Positions 41,064 through 52,973 of a stretch of 64,000 nucleotides of DNA are shown here, piece by piece. Below the pieces are notes generated by a model. That model was given only the letters and a program-made list of their open reading frames with translations. It was not told the origin of the DNA and did no database searches. The position numbers and the translations under genes are program-made. The DNA comes from Candidatus Bathyarchaeota archaeon (GTDB lineage Archaea > Thermoproteota > Bathyarchaeia > Bathyarchaeales > DTEX01), in NCBI GenBank assembly GCA_963714275.1, contig CAVQNT010000002.1, positions 96,001-160,000 on the forward strand, given 5' to 3'. Position 1 is the first letter of the stretch, and every line of letters starts with the position of its first letter.

Positions 41064-43962
41064 CTATTCAATGAAAATGGCTGGTCTGTAAGGTTTAGCC
41101 AGAGATGCACGGTTTTTCGGGTCATACCTGTCTGGGTCATCCTCGACAAAGATTGACATTTCAGCACCGAACTCTTTTTGAAGAAAAGCCCTAAGCTTCC
41201 TCCAGAACACCTTTCTCGTCCAACAGTCCAACTTGAAGTTTTCTCTTTTTCGTGTCTTCAGCAACCACAATCAATTCAGGAATCATCTTTGCCACGTAAG
41301 TCGCTAGGTCCTTGGCTTTCTTCCGCAGCTCAGGAATCGACATCAGAGGCTTCATGACATTCTTCATTTCCAACCTTTCAGCCAGAGACATCCTCAGAAC
41401 CTCAAGGTAAGCCTTCCACTTCCAGTTTGAAGCCGCATAATAACAGATTCTTTTGGGCACCAACTTCGTAGCTTTAACGATGCTGATGGTATCACCAATC
41501 AGGCTTCTAATAAAGTCCTCAGATTCCTCTGAGCAAACGTCGATTTTGGAGTCATCGTAAACAGGCCACTCCGCTAACGAGACGAACCCCTCTTTTCCAA
41601 GAAGGCGCCACAACTCTTCGCTCAGATGAGGCGTAAAAGGAGCAACCAAACGTACCCAGACGTCCGCCACCTCCCTCAAAACCATATTGTTCGGGGTTTC
41701 TGCGCGCCTCATGTACCATCGGATGTCGTTCCACACCTCGAAAAGCGCTACTTCAGCAGCTGTCCTAGTCTTAAGCACTTCCAACGCAGCAGTGACAGTC
41801 TTGATACGTTTCTGAACCATTGAAATCAGCCAATGGTCAACACTTCTGGTCTCGACATCTCCGGGAAGCTTGGCAAGGTCACCCACGAACCTCTGCAGAG
41901 CCCTCAGCCTCGCATCTATGCTCTTCGCGTTTTCTTCCCGCCAGTCCGGGTCATCCATGTCCTCAGCGCCCAGAATCAGTGTTAACCTCGTGACGTCCGC
42001 CCCGTAATGGTTCAGAGTGCTTCTTAGGGTGAGAAAGTTGCCCTTAGACTTAGACATCTTCTGGCCCTCAATCGACAGCATGCCATTCACGCCTACGCCG
42101 CGCGGCCAGTGTTTCTTGGGGAAGAGGGCGGTGTGCTGGAAAACATAGAATGACAGGTGGTTGGGAACCAGTTCCTTAGCTGAAACCCTCATGTCCACGG
42201 GATACCAGTACTCGAACTCCTCTCTCATCTCCTGCAGAACTTTCGCTAGTATTCCTGAACTCTTGGACAAAGTTTCCGCGTTGCCACGACCATAGAAGAC
42301 GTAATCAAAAACTGTGCAGGTCAGCTGCTCAGGTTTAATGTTGTGTCGCCTGATGTGTTTTATGATCGTATAAAAAGCCATGTAGATAGTTGAGTCGCTG
42401 AGAGTCTCAACGATCCATCCTGGGCTCCAAGGCAACGGCGTCCCCAGCCCCGTTCTTCGGGCGCAAGCCCAATCGTGAAGCCAATCCAGCTTGTCGTGGA
42501 AATAAGACCGTGCAGCTTCTGGAAAAATGTTAGCCTCGTCAACAACCTCGTGAGCCACCTTTTTCCAGTCTGGATCCGAGTATCTCAGGAACCACTGGTC
42601 AGAAAGAATCTTGACAATGCAAGTCGTCGTGCACCTGCAAATAACCTTCTCGGGCAAGTCATACATAGAATCCGCGATATTCGCTTTTCTGAAGTCCCCG
42701 ACGAGCTCGACTTTAACCTCCTGCACCCGTTTACCAGCATATTTGCCAGTGACGGGCTTCAAAATGCCAGTGTGGAATTCTTTGCGGTAAATCGTTGATG
42801 TTGCCTCGTCAACCCTAGGGTCAAACTGGTCCTTGACGCCCAACTGCTCAACGATTTCAACCGCGGGAAACTCACCGTACTCATTGAGGCTGATTAGCGA
42901 GATGGGCTTGATGCCTTTAACAACCTCAGGGTCGATGCCGAACTTTCGCATCTCTTCAGGTTTTCCAATCAAGTCCTTAAGCGCTATCCAGTCTGCTGGT
43001 GCGTGAGCTGGAACGCTGTAAACCACGCCTGTCGCTGAATCTGGACTCACAAACCATCCTGGCAGAATAGGAAGTTTCCTCTTACTTACTGGATCGGTGA
43101 AGTTTTTACCGATAAGTTCAGCTCCTTTGAACTCGCTGAGTATTTTGACCTTTTTCAGCTGTTCCGAAAGCTTCTTTGTTGCTTCTTTGCTGATGATCCA
43201 TTTTTCTCCGTCAACATCCGCTTTAACATATGTGGCTTCGGGGTTGATGAACATGTTTGTTACGCCGAAGATTGTTTCAGGCCTGAAGGTCGCGGCGGGA
43301 AGAAATGCATCATCGTACTGGAACTTCAGCAAAGTATACTCTTCAGGTGAGACTCCTTCGCCTTCTAGACGATCATGGTCGCCAGTTGGGCTTTCACAGT
43401 GCGTGCACCAGACAACAGGATGGGTTCCTTTCGCAACGTAGCCTTTCTCTTTAAGGGCTTCGTATTGCCACTCGACGAATCGGCTGTAGGTCGGCTCCAG
43501 ACTGGTTGTGTGAAACTCGCGTCTCCAGTCAACCGAGAACCCGATTCTCTTGACCGCTTCTCTTCCTTCGCGCGTGTAATAATTGGCCATGTAAACTGGG
43601 TCAACAAACTTCCTCAGCTCCTCCTCTGGGACGCCGTCAACTTCCTTAAGAGCCCTAATTAGTTCAGGGTCACCCTTCTGAATACGAATCGTAGCGCCCA
43701 CAATAGGTTCGCCGGTCCAATGCCAAGCCCAAGGGAAAAGAGTGTTGTACCCCTTCATCCTCATAAAACGGGCGTAAACGTCAACGCGGGTAGCCGTAAA
43801 ACCGTGCCCCAGATGCAGCGGACCATTCATGTACGGGTAGGGAAAGGTTACAAAAAACTTTTTCCGCTTAGGGTTAGGGTCAGCCTCGAAGATTCGTGCT
43901 TTCTCCCATTCCTTTCTCCATTTCTCCTCGATTTTCTCCCATTCAGTAGGCATAAGTCTCAC
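41064..43962 (-). CDS. leuS: Leucine--tRNA ligase (archaeal type); frameshift near 41195
   Basis: PYPYMNGPLHLGH, KMSKS and C-terminal YDPKNRA..AKPYRPAIFIE. Confidence 0.97.
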
Positions 43963-46735
43963 CCTTCAACCTTTTTTCGAACAACCGTTTTAGCCTTCTC
44001 TATCGCCTTTGCCACGTTTGTAACTTTGGTTCCGCCGCCTTGGGCAAAATCAGGTTTCCCGCTGCCTCCGCCTCCTAACTCGGCTGCAGCTGCCCTCGTA
44101 ATTTCTCTTGCGTCAATGCCGAGCTTTTGCGCCTCTTCGCCGACCATGACGACCACCTGTGCGTTTTTATCCACGCTAATCAGTACAGCCATTGAATGAT
44201 TATCCAGCTGAACGAGTTTACTGGCAACCTTAATGAGTAGGTCCGCACCAACCGCTTGGGCACCCACAGTTCCTGAGACCAGCTTTAATTTTCCGATTTT
44301 TTCTGCTTTCTCCAAATATTTTTCAGCCATGAACTGCGCAAGCCCGTCTGAAAGATGTTCCTTGTCTCGGCGGAGTTCCTTCCACTCGGACACCATGCGT
44401 TCAACGGTGTTTTCAACCTTCTCTGTCTGGACCTCTAAAAGTCAGCTACTTTCAGAACTTTAGCTTCTGTTTCTTGAACTGCTTTTACGGCAGCGTCGCC
44501 TGCGCTGAAAATTATTCTTTCGACGCCGTCTTGGATGCGTTCTGTGCGGATTATCTTGATTAATCCAACTTCGCCCGTTGACTTGCAGTGGGTTCCGCCG
44601 CAAGCCTCGACTTCCCAGTCTTCGGTTTTCACAACCCGAATTTCGCGTCCTGGGACAACTCCGCCTTGGTAAAGCCTGAACCCATATTTTCTTTCAGCTT
44701 CTTCTCTCGGGTTCCAGAAGCATTCAACAGGAAGGTTTTCCATCACCACGCAGTTTGCGAGCCTTTCAATCTTGTAAATTTCCTCAGTCGTCAGCCGTTT
44801 GGGATGGGAAATGTCAAGCCTTGTTCGTTCAACGTCTTTCTGGGCTCCAGCCTGCCAAACATGCTGTCCAAGTGTTCGCCTAGCTGCGCCCATGACCAGA
44901 TGAGTGGCGGTGTGGTGCCTCATGAGGCTGACGCGGCGTTCCCAATCCAGTTGCCCTGAAACCTTCTGATTTTCTTTGGGGACCGAGTCTTCAACAAAAT
45001 GGACGATGACTCCGCCAGCTTTCTGAACATCAACAACCTTTGACCGTTTACCATCAAACGTCAGAACACCATGGTCTGGCAGCTGTCCTCCCCCTTCAGG
45101 ATAAAATGCGGTCTGGTCCAGTACGACGCGGTTGCCTGAGACTCTTAAAACCTTGGCTTTAAACTCTTTAATGTAGGCATCTTCGTAGTAAAGTCGCCTA
45201 GTGTCAGGCAAGTCCGCAAACATCCCTTCAGCATCTTCGATGCCTTCTTTCGAAGCAGTCTTTATTGTTTCGGGGGCTGCCACATGCCGTTCAGCTACGT
45301 GGCTGTAAAAATTGTCGGGAACCTGAACCCTTATTCCTTCAGCTTCCGCCATTTCGCTGACAACTTCAGGCGTAAGCCCATGAGAATCATACAGCTCCAC
45401 AATACTTTCCAGAGGTATCTCTGCTGTTCCTTCCCTTTTTTGGTCCTGAATCATTCTTTTGACTAGTCCGCGACCTCGTTCAAGAGTCTGTTCGTATTTT
45501 TCTCTTTCTATGGAAAGCAGCTCCAAAATTTCGTCACGCATGTCTCTGAGGAGCGGAAAATCTTTCCCCCAATAGTTTATTTGAAGGTCGATTATGTCAT
45601 CCATTTTGTCATCGATTGCAAGTTCTCTTAAAAGCCTATAAGTTCGCCTGATCAGCAGCCGCGTAAGGTAACCTTCCTGAACGTTCGATGGAACGACGCC
45701 CTCTGCTAACAGGAATGCTAGACATTTTGTATGGTCAGCCACAGAGTAAACATTAATCATTGGATTCATAAGACCATAAAGTTCCTTAGAATCCACGCAT
45801 ATTTTCTCACCGACTTTCCGCCAGTTTTCAGCGCGACTTGACGTTTTCGAAATCGAGATTAACCCGGAGACCTTTGCTACTTCTGCGAGGAGCTTCTCGT
45901 CCACAAACTTCATTCCAGTCATGCGCTTGATTTTGCCTAATATCTCTCCGTAAACTGCGTCAAAGCCACTTACGCATCCTCGCGAAAGCCAAGTGAACCT
46001 TTCCATGCCGTAGCCCGTGTCCACGGTTCGTATGGGCAGCTCAACAAACTCGCCGTTGACTACTTTGTACTTCATAAAAACAAGGGTAGCAACCTCAAGT
46101 CCACGCACGATGCTTTCAACGTCTGGACCAGCGTTTCCCCCACCTACCCAGACCCCTTCCTTGTAAATAACTTCCTCGCCTTTAATACCGAGTGTCTTGG
46201 TCACGAAGTCATGATGGTAACGCACGGTCTCGTCCTTCCAATAAACCTCCTTGTCTGGATAGTTGAAGGCGTGGTGCCCACCCATCTCGAAAATTGTTCC
46301 ATGCCTCCCAAACGTCAAGCCTACACTGTCAATGTCTGGAAACCTGACGCATGGCTGGCTAATGACGAGAGGATTCGCTGGCGGAGGAACTAAGCCCTCT
46401 GTTACGTATGGCTGAAAATCAATTATGCTTGCGTTCGTAAAGTACAGGTCGTCCCTCCAACGTGCGACAAGCAAATACGGCTTAATCCTCGTATGCCCCC
46501 GCCCCTCAAAGAAGGACAAGAAGGACTCCCGCATTTCCCGCAGACTGTAAGGTTTCCGAGTTGGAGGCTTGCCTATGAAGGTATATTCGGCGCAGCCCTT
46601 CCGTGTTGATTCTCCGCAACTTTTTTGGTCGCCATTCTGGGTCCAAAAAAATTCTCCGCACACTGGGCACTTCTTCCGAACATAACCGTACTCGTCGAAG
46701 AAGGGAAGATGGTATTCTTCTTCAGGAAAACTCAA
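43959..46735 (-). CDS. alaS: Alanine--tRNA ligase; frameshift near 44438
   Basis: ARWRDDL, FEMGGHH, DTGYGMER, HTATH, EACGGTH and GGGGSGKPDFAQGGG. Confidence 0.97.
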
Positions 46736-46875
46736 CTGCTTTCAACTCCACGAAAGGACGCCTACACTTCCACAAGTAAAGAAGTGAGAAGCTTTGATAT
46801 ATTTAAGCCTCAATAAGCCAACGGTTCACATAAAAGAGAATTACAGGACTCTTCCGCTTCGAAGAAAAAGAGCGA

Positions 46876-47193
46876 TTATCCGAAAAGCGACCCAAGCCCC
46901 TCTAAGGCTTCCTCTTCCTTCTTCTCTTCTTTCTTTTCCTCAACCTTAGGCTTCTGTTCAGCAGCAGGAGCAGCTGGCGTAGCGGCAGCCACAGGAGCTG
47001 CAGCAGCAGGCATGAATGAAGGAGCAGACTTAATGGCCTCGTCAATGTTTACTTCAGAAAGTGCTGCGACGAGAGCCTTTACTCTTGCCGAGTCTGCTTG
47101 TATTCCGACAGATTGAAGGACTTTCGTAACATTTTCTTCGTCTATCTGTTTTCCAGCCTTATGCAGCAACATGGCCGCGTAGACATATTCCAT
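46876..47193 (-). CDS. rpl12: 50S ribosomal protein L12 (P1)
   Basis: [11 protein letters not shown]...[13 protein letters not shown]. Confidence 0.98.
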   Translation of the reverse strand: MEYVYAAMLLHKAGKQIDEENVTKVLQSVGIQADSARVKALVAALSEVNIDEAIKSAPSFMPAAAAPVAAATPAAPAAEQKPKVEEKKEEKKEEEALEGLGSLFG

Positions 47194-47408
47194 CCGTCAT
47201 TCACCCTATTTTAAACATTATTGACTTTATGTGACGTTCAACCTTTCGAACATAGAGAATCAAATACTTAAATCTGTCGGAAAATTGAAGGTGTAAACGA
47301 CAATTGTAATAATGATTATACCATAATGTTGCCCGTCATTTTCTTGGACGAGTTTGGAAATATTCTTATATAGAAGACGTTTCTCCTTTTGTGTAGAAAC
47401 TTGAAGAG

Positions 47409-47597
47409 TTGTTTAATTTGGAACTTGGCTCTTTCTTTAAGTCTTGTTCGAGATTGCTTCGACTAGCAAAGAAACCTGACCGAACCGAGGTTTGGATAAC
47501 CATAAAAGTTTGCACCCTCGGAATCATCGTCATCGGCATGGTAGGTTTCATAATCAATATTCTCAATTCCTTCATCAGGGGCGCATTTCCAGTATAG
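47409..47597 (+). CDS. secE: Protein translocase subunit SecE/Sec61 gamma
   Basis: RLLRLAKKPDRTE...GIIVIGMVGFII; precedes spt5. Confidence 0.9.
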   Translation: MFNLELGSFFKSCSRLLRLAKKPDRTEVWITIKVCTLGIIVIGMVGFIINILNSFIRGAFPV

Positions 47598-47609
47598 GGG
47601 GAGAGGGTA

Positions 47610-48093
47610 ATGGGCGTGGAAGAATCGACAACAATAATTTTTGCTGTAAGAACCACTGTTGGTCAGGAAAGAAACGTTTCAAACCTTATCACCGGTAGGG
47701 CTGAAGCCAACAGAATACCTTTAAGATCTATTTTGGTTCCTGAAACGTTGAAGGGCTACATTTTCATCGAGGCAAACGGACCCCACATCGTTGAGGAAGC
47801 AATCATGGGCATCAAACACGTCAGGTCAAGAGTACCCGGAGTTGTGTCCTTCGCTGAGGTCGAAAAATACGTCGTCGTCCGACCCATAATCGAGGAGTGT
47901 AGACATCAACGACATCGTAGAGGTCACAGGTGGACCGTTCAAGAGTATGAAGGCAAAAATTATGGACATAGACAGGGCAAAAGAGGAAGTCACCATCGAA
48001 CTGCTTGAAGCAACCTTCACGTTACCCATCACAGTTCACGCGGATTACGTGAAAGTCACCGAAAAAGGACAACAAACAAAAGTGGAGGAGTAG
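47610..48093 (+). CDS. spt5: Transcription elongation factor Spt5; frameshift near 47899
   Basis: RTTVGQE, LKGYIFIEA, then KOW motif DIVEVTGGPFKSMKAKI. Confidence 0.94.
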
Positions 48094-48095
48094 AA

Positions 48096-48584
48096 GTGCC
48101 CGAAAAGAAAGTTATCGAATCCCTTGTGGCTGGCGGACAAGCAACAGGAGGACCACCACTGGGACCAGCCTTAGGACCGCTGGGCGTAAACGTTCTTATG
48201 GTAGTGAACAAAATTAACGAGTTAACAGGCAGCTACGCAGGCATGAAGGTGCCTGTTAAAATCATTGTTAATCCTGAAACGAAAGAGTTCGATGTGTCCG
48301 TTGGCATACCCACAACTGGAGCTTTGATTGTTAAGGAGTCTGGGATCCAGAAGGGTTCAGGAACGCCTCATGCGCAGAGCGTGGGCAACGTGTCAATGGA
48401 GCAGGTGGTTAGGATAGCTCAGATCAAACAGCCTATGCTTCTCGCTGGAACCTTGAAGGCGGCAGTTAAAGAGGTTGTGAGCACATGCATGTCGATGGGT
48501 GTCACGGTTGACCAGAAGGACACCAAAGCTGTTATGCAGGAAATTAATGAAGGAATCTATGACACGATTTTTGAGGAAAAATGA
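48096..48584 (+). CDS. rpl11: 50S ribosomal protein L11
   Basis: GGQATGGPPLGPALGPLG. Confidence 0.97.
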   Translation: MPEKKVIESLVAGGQATGGPPLGPALGPLGVNVLMVVNKINELTGSYAGMKVPVKIIVNPETKEFDVSVGIPTTGALIVKESGIQKGSGTPHAQSVGNVSMEQVVRIAQIKQPMLLAGTLKAAVKEVVSTCMSMGVTVDQKDTKAVMQEINEGIYDTIFEEK

Positions 48585-48645
48585 TGCGGAAAGTAACCTT
48601 TTTATTGCGGATTTATGATTTTTTGTCGAACCTGAGGTCTAGTGT

Positions 48646-49296
48646 ATGTCGATAGAACCGAATAACCTTAAAGCTGCAATCAAAGAAACTAGAGAAAAAT
48701 CTACTAAACGCAACTTCAGTCAAACAGTAGAGTTGATTATCAACCTTCGCGACATTGACATGAAGCAGCCAGAAGGCAAATTGCAGGAAAGAGTGGAACT
48801 TCCGCATCCGCTAGGCAAAAAAGTCACAGTCTGCGTTCTCGCTGACGGCGACATGGCTCTCAGAGCAAGAAGAGGCGGCGCAGACATGGTTCTCGAAAGT
48901 TCAGAAATTCAGAACCTGTCAACTGACAAGAAGAAGCAAAGGCAAATAGCCAAAAACACAGATGTTTTTGTCGCTTCGGCTCCCCTTATGCCTCTCGTGG
49001 GAAGGACTTTAGGTGGGATTCTAGGTCCACGGGGAAAGATGCCTGTTCCCATTCCGCCCACTGCGAACATCGAGCAGGAGATTGAGAGGCAGAAAAAATT
49101 TGTTTTTGTGAGGGTTCGTAATCAGCCGATTCTTCAATGCCGAGTTGGAACTGAAGGCTTGTCTGACGACGAAATAGCTGAGAACATTCAGACGGTCGTT
49201 AGGAGAGTTACGGGTAAGCTCAAGAAGGGCATCAAGAACGTAGGTGCTGTTTACTTAAAAACAACTATGGGTCGTCCAGTAAAAATCAGCATGTAG
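48646..49296 (+). CDS. rpl1: 50S ribosomal protein L1
   Basis: RNFSQTVEL, LGPRGKMP and KTTMG. Confidence 0.97.
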   Translation: MSIEPNNLKAAIKETREKSTKRNFSQTVELIINLRDIDMKQPEGKLQERVELPHPLGKKVTVCVLADGDMALRARRGGADMVLESSEIQNLSTDKKKQRQIAKNTDVFVASAPLMPLVGRTLGGILGPRGKMPVPIPPTANIEQEIERQKKFVFVRVRNQPILQCRVGTEGLSDDEIAENIQTVVRRVTGKLKKGIKNVGAVYLKTTMGRPVKISM

Positions 49297-49307
49297 AGGA
49301 ATGCGGG

Positions 49308-50153
49308 TTGGAACGGAAAGTTTTACGCGAAAAAGCTGAAAACATCAAGGAAATACGGACCGTTATTCAGAAGTATCAAGCGATAGGTATTGCCAGCCTG
49401 CAAAAGGTAAGATCCTCTCAGCTTCAGGAACTGAGGAAGAAACTTCATGGCACCGCCCAAATCCGCGTGATAAAGAACTCGCTGATCGAGCGGGCAATCT
49501 CGGACCTGCCAATTCCGAACACGGAGAAACTTAAAGAATACATAACTGGCTCAAACGTTTATCTTTTCACAAACCTTAACCCGTTCAAACTTGCGCGTCT
49601 CATCGAAAAAAGCAAAGTTATAGCCATCGCTAAAGTCGGAGACACAGCCGCCGAAGATGTTGTGGTTTCAGCAGGAAACACGGGGCTTCCACCAGGACCC
49701 GTCATCAGCCAGTTGGGTTCAGTTGGGATAAAGACCCGAATCGAGTCTGGAAGCGTGTGGGTGAACCGTGACACAGTGGTTGCCAAAAAAGGCGACATAA
49801 TAACCGAAAGTCTCGCCCCGATCTTGTCGAAGCTGGGCATAAAATCCGTGGAGATAGGTTTAGCCCTTAGGATGGTGTACGACGGCGGCGCCATTATTCA
49901 GGGAGAACAGTTAAAACTAGACATTGACGAATACAGGAAAAACTTAGGCGAAGCATACGCCAAAGCCTTCAACCTTTCTCTAAACGCCGCGGTTCCATTG
50001 CCAGAAAACATTGCGGTTCTCATACAAGCCGCAGCCTCAGACGCACGTAACCTTGCCCTCAACTCTGGCATAATCTCTACCGAAACAATCGGGGACCTTG
50101 TGAAGAAGGCATACTTCGAAGCCACTGCTTTGTCAACAAAAATAGCAGGCTAG
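49308..50153 (+). CDS. rpl10: 50S ribosomal protein L10 (P0)
   Basis: QLQELRK, KNSL, TNLNPFKL and AGNTGLPPGP. Confidence 0.96.
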   Translation: MERKVLREKAENIKEIRTVIQKYQAIGIASLQKVRSSQLQELRKKLHGTAQIRVIKNSLIERAISDLPIPNTEKLKEYITGSNVYLFTNLNPFKLARLIEKSKVIAIAKVGDTAAEDVVVSAGNTGLPPGPVISQLGSVGIKTRIESGSVWVNRDTVVAKKGDIITESLAPILSKLGIKSVEIGLALRMVYDGGAIIQGEQLKLDIDEYRKNLGEAYAKAFNLSLNAAVPLPENIAVLIQAAASDARNLALNSGIISTETIGDLVKKAYFEATALSTKIAG

Positions 50154-50177
50154 CGAAAAATACAGAATAGACAGAGC

Positions 50178-50996
50178 CTAGATTTTCTCGATTTCTAGTC
50201 CAGTCTTATCCAGCAATCTAAGCAGCTGGCTTTTATCTGCGCCTGTTATGCCTTTCCAGTCCAACATGACCTTTTTAACTGGCTCCACGGTCTTGTTGAT
50301 GCATTGCTGAAGCACTTCCGAATCCAACTCATTGACGGCGTATTTGGGGACGATGTGACCGAAAGCAGTTTCCGTTTCCAACGCTTTCCGAGTGAATTTC
50401 GTATTGTAGTGTGGTCCTCCAATCCCAAGAACAGTTGGGTAAATGGTTTCCGCGGACGCTGCGGCTAACGCGCCTTTGGCTACGGTTTCAGCTGCCTCTG
50501 GGTCAATCCACTGTTTTTCGGAGCTTCCCAGCTCCACAAACATCATAGGAACGTTCAACGAAGGACCGTGATGCGTGCACTCGTATGACACCTCGTATCC
50601 CAAGCCTTTCTCTTCTTGGGCTGTTTTCATCGCTTTCAGGGCTTCTTTCATGGCGCTTGCTGGCGAAATTGACACTGTTCTGGGTAATCCGCCTAGGTCT
50701 GCTTTTCCAAGGTTCCCCGGAGTGTGAACAGACAGGGTTGGCTTTCCGCTCATGCTTTTGTGTCGTGAAAGGAATATCAGTAAACTCAAAGCTGAAGGGA
50801 AAACTGTTGACTGCGTGCTGATTGAGTCTTGATCAATGTAAATGATCTTCGCTGTGTTCCTGTTTGAAAGCTTTTTAGAGAACACAGGATTCTTGTCGAA
50901 GTTTTCGGTGCCACTTTTGAAGCCATGGTTTGTTATCAGTTTTTCAGCAATGTTCATCGATGCCGTGTCTTTTTTTGAGGCGATAAGGAGAATCAT
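50178..50996 (-). CDS. dtdA: D-aminoacyl-tRNA deacylase (DTD2)
   Basis: SRH.S, SVHTPGN, ECTHHGP, FVELGS and GGPHY. Confidence 0.93.
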   Translation of the reverse strand: MILLIASKKDTASMNIAEKLITNHGFKSGTENFDKNPVFSKKLSNRNTAKIIYIDQDSISTQSTVFPSALSLLIFLSRHKSMSGKPTLSVHTPGNLGKADLGGLPRTVSISPASAMKEALKAMKTAQEEKGLGYEVSYECTHHGPSLNVPMMFVELGSSEKQWIDPEAAETVAKGALAAASAETIYPTVLGIGGPHYNTKFTRKALETETAFGHIVPKYAVNELDSEVLQQCINKTVEPVKKVMLDWKGITGADKSQLLRLLDKTGLEIEKI

Positions 50997-51012
50997 GGGG
51001 CAAGCATCCCTT

Positions 51013-52248
51013 CTAGTCAAAATATTTTTTGATTCCCAAGGTTTTTGGCACTGTCTTTCCGAATATAATCTTTTCGGCGTTGTGGAAATTCATGAATCTC
51101 CGAAAAGCTTCCGCGAGTTTTTCTTTGAATTCCGCGTCGAACTTGAAACCTTTCTCCAGATGAAGCGACTTTATCTCAAGCAGTCTTCGTGCACGGTGCA
51201 TTTTGGGGTCAATTCTTCCCACGAACTGGTCTTTGTAGAGGATGTTCATGTTGTAGTATCCGAATTTCCTTTTGTTCTGAGGCACATAAGCCTCCAGCTT
51301 CGGACTGAAATTGAAAAATTCGTGGATTCTCGTCTTGCTCCACGTTAGGTTGTCGAACGGCGAAAGGAACGTTACTTCATCGAAGCAGTCAAGCTGGTCG
51401 TCTGCAATTTTTTGCATAAGTTCAAGGTCTTCGGTAAGCATGTAATATAGTCCTTGAAAGCCCTTAACGGTTACTTCCTTGACAGCATCCTCGCTTACAA
51501 GGTTTTTCAGAACCCTCTCAAACGATTGTCCCTTTAACGGCGTGAACGTCGACCATTGATAATAGCAGTTGGAAACGTCAGAGGGCTTGGCAACTCCATA
51601 GGCGCGAAACGTATTCATTATACAGAATCTTTGCCTTTCTTCTTCAGCGGGTTCAGTTACGTCAACGCCGGAGGGAAGACAGTTCTCTGCAAGATCGTAG
51701 TGTCTTTGAAAGTTCCTTCTGTAAGACACCATGAGAATCCCTGCGTTGAAAAGCATCTCAAGCGCCATCTTTGTTGCGCTCCAGCTCCACCACCCGGTTC
51801 TTTTTTCCGCCTGTTTTTCGTCCAGCTCAAAGTCGCTTGTGCTCATAGGACCATTGCGACGAATTTCGTCCAAGATTTTGTCGAGAAGCCACGCTTTTTC
51901 TTTGAGTCTTTTTTCAGCTCTTACTTTCAGATCTTGACTGTGCTCCTTCATTGTTTGAATGAAATAGCGGTAGTTTTCGATGGGTATCAAGGAGGCTGCG
52001 TGAGCCCAGTATTCGAAAACTTTCCTGTCGGGGTAAAGCAGCTCGTCTAACCATTTTTTGTCGTACGGACCGAGTCTACTCCAAACAGCCATATAGTGGC
52101 TTCTTTCGACCACGTTAATCGTGTCGATCTGGATGAAACCTAAATTTCTTATAACGTCCAGAACGTGCTGCTTTTCTGAGACTGAAAACTGGCGAAAGCC
52201 TTGTTTCCATAACAAAAGTTTTCTGACTATGTCCACGGTTGCTTCCAA
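51013..52248 (-). CDS. YcaQ/AlkZ-family (HTH_42) DNA crosslink glycosylase
   Basis: IQIDTINVVERSH (QxD), FEYWAHAAS, LSPFDNL and KRKFGYY. Confidence 0.9.
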   Translation of the reverse strand: MEATVDIVRKLLLWKQGFRQFSVSEKQHVLDVIRNLGFIQIDTINVVERSHYMAVWSRLGPYDKKWLDELLYPDRKVFEYWAHAASLIPIENYRYFIQTMKEHSQDLKVRAEKRLKEKAWLLDKILDEIRRNGPMSTSDFELDEKQAEKRTGWWSWSATKMALEMLFNAGILMVSYRRNFQRHYDLAENCLPSGVDVTEPAEEERQRFCIMNTFRAYGVAKPSDVSNCYYQWSTFTPLKGQSFERVLKNLVSEDAVKEVTVKGFQGLYYMLTEDLELMQKIADDQLDCFDEVTFLSPFDNLTWSKTRIHEFFNFSPKLEAYVPQNKRKFGYYNMNILYKDQFVGRIDPKMHRARRLLEIKSLHLEKGFKFDAEFKEKLAEAFRRFMNFHNAEKIIFGKTVPKTLGIKKYFD

Positions 52249-52350
52249 TGTTCAATGTCCTCAAGGTTACCATAATGCCTAAGAATGAAAAAATAACAAG
52301 AAAACTAATATTTTTACGAAAGCTCTAATTGCAAAAAAGGAGGTGATGGG

Positions 52351-52576
52351 TTAGGCTTCTGCCAGGGTTTCTGTGCTTCTCACGCCTGCTATCTCATTTA
52401 TGTGACTTGTCAGTTCCCTGAGTCTGCTTGTAGTTTTCCACTTCGAGGAACACGACGACGTCGAACCTTCCATAAGCAAAATAGGCTTTCCTGACTCCTT
52501 TAACCGCTTGAACCGCGCTCAGGATGGCGTCAGCCTTTGTGGGCACAACCTTCAACAAGACACACGCATTTAACAT
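52351..52576 (-). CDS. Stand-alone Lrp/AsnC ligand-binding (RAM) domain protein; frameshift near 52423
   Basis: AYGRFDVV then INEIAGVRSTETLAEA in the shifted frame. Confidence 0.8.
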
Positions 52577-52595
52577 TCCGTTCTTCCTCCTCCTT

Positions 52596-52829
52596 TCACT
52601 GCTTTATTTCCGCAAGGGTCTCCGTGAAAACAATCCCCGTCAGCCTTCCGAGCCTAAGCACGGTCGGTCCAAGGTCAGATGGGTCCTTCACTTCAACATC
52701 AGCCACTACATCATATCTGCCTAACACTGGAAACACTCTTTGGACGCCCTTAACCTGCCGTAAAGCCTTAACTGCGTCGTCGAACTTTCCCTGCGATGTC
52801 CTGATCAACACGCAAGCCGAAACCAACAA
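52596..52829 (-). CDS. Stand-alone Lrp/AsnC ligand-binding (RAM) domain protein
   Basis: VLGRYDVVA...GIVFTETL; tandem paralog. Confidence 0.82.
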   Translation of the reverse strand: MLVSACVLIRTSQGKFDDAVKALRQVKGVQRVFPVLGRYDVVADVEVKDPSDLGPTVLRLGRLTGIVFTETLAEIKQ

Positions 52830-52973
52830 ACATCCCTCAACACATAATACGAAATCTCACAAGATATAATTATCGCCCATAAAAGAAGAAATATCCTTCT
52901 TTAATAGTATGGAAAATTTATATCAATACTCAAAATCAAAGACAGAAGTATTGAGTTATTCACATTCAGGAGT

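Noticed and set aside
49308-50153. L10/P0 lacking the acidic C-terminal tail as damage from the inversion
   Set aside because: The ORF ends cleanly and short P0 forms occur in related archaeal lineages, so it cannot be attributed to the breakpoint from this sequence alone
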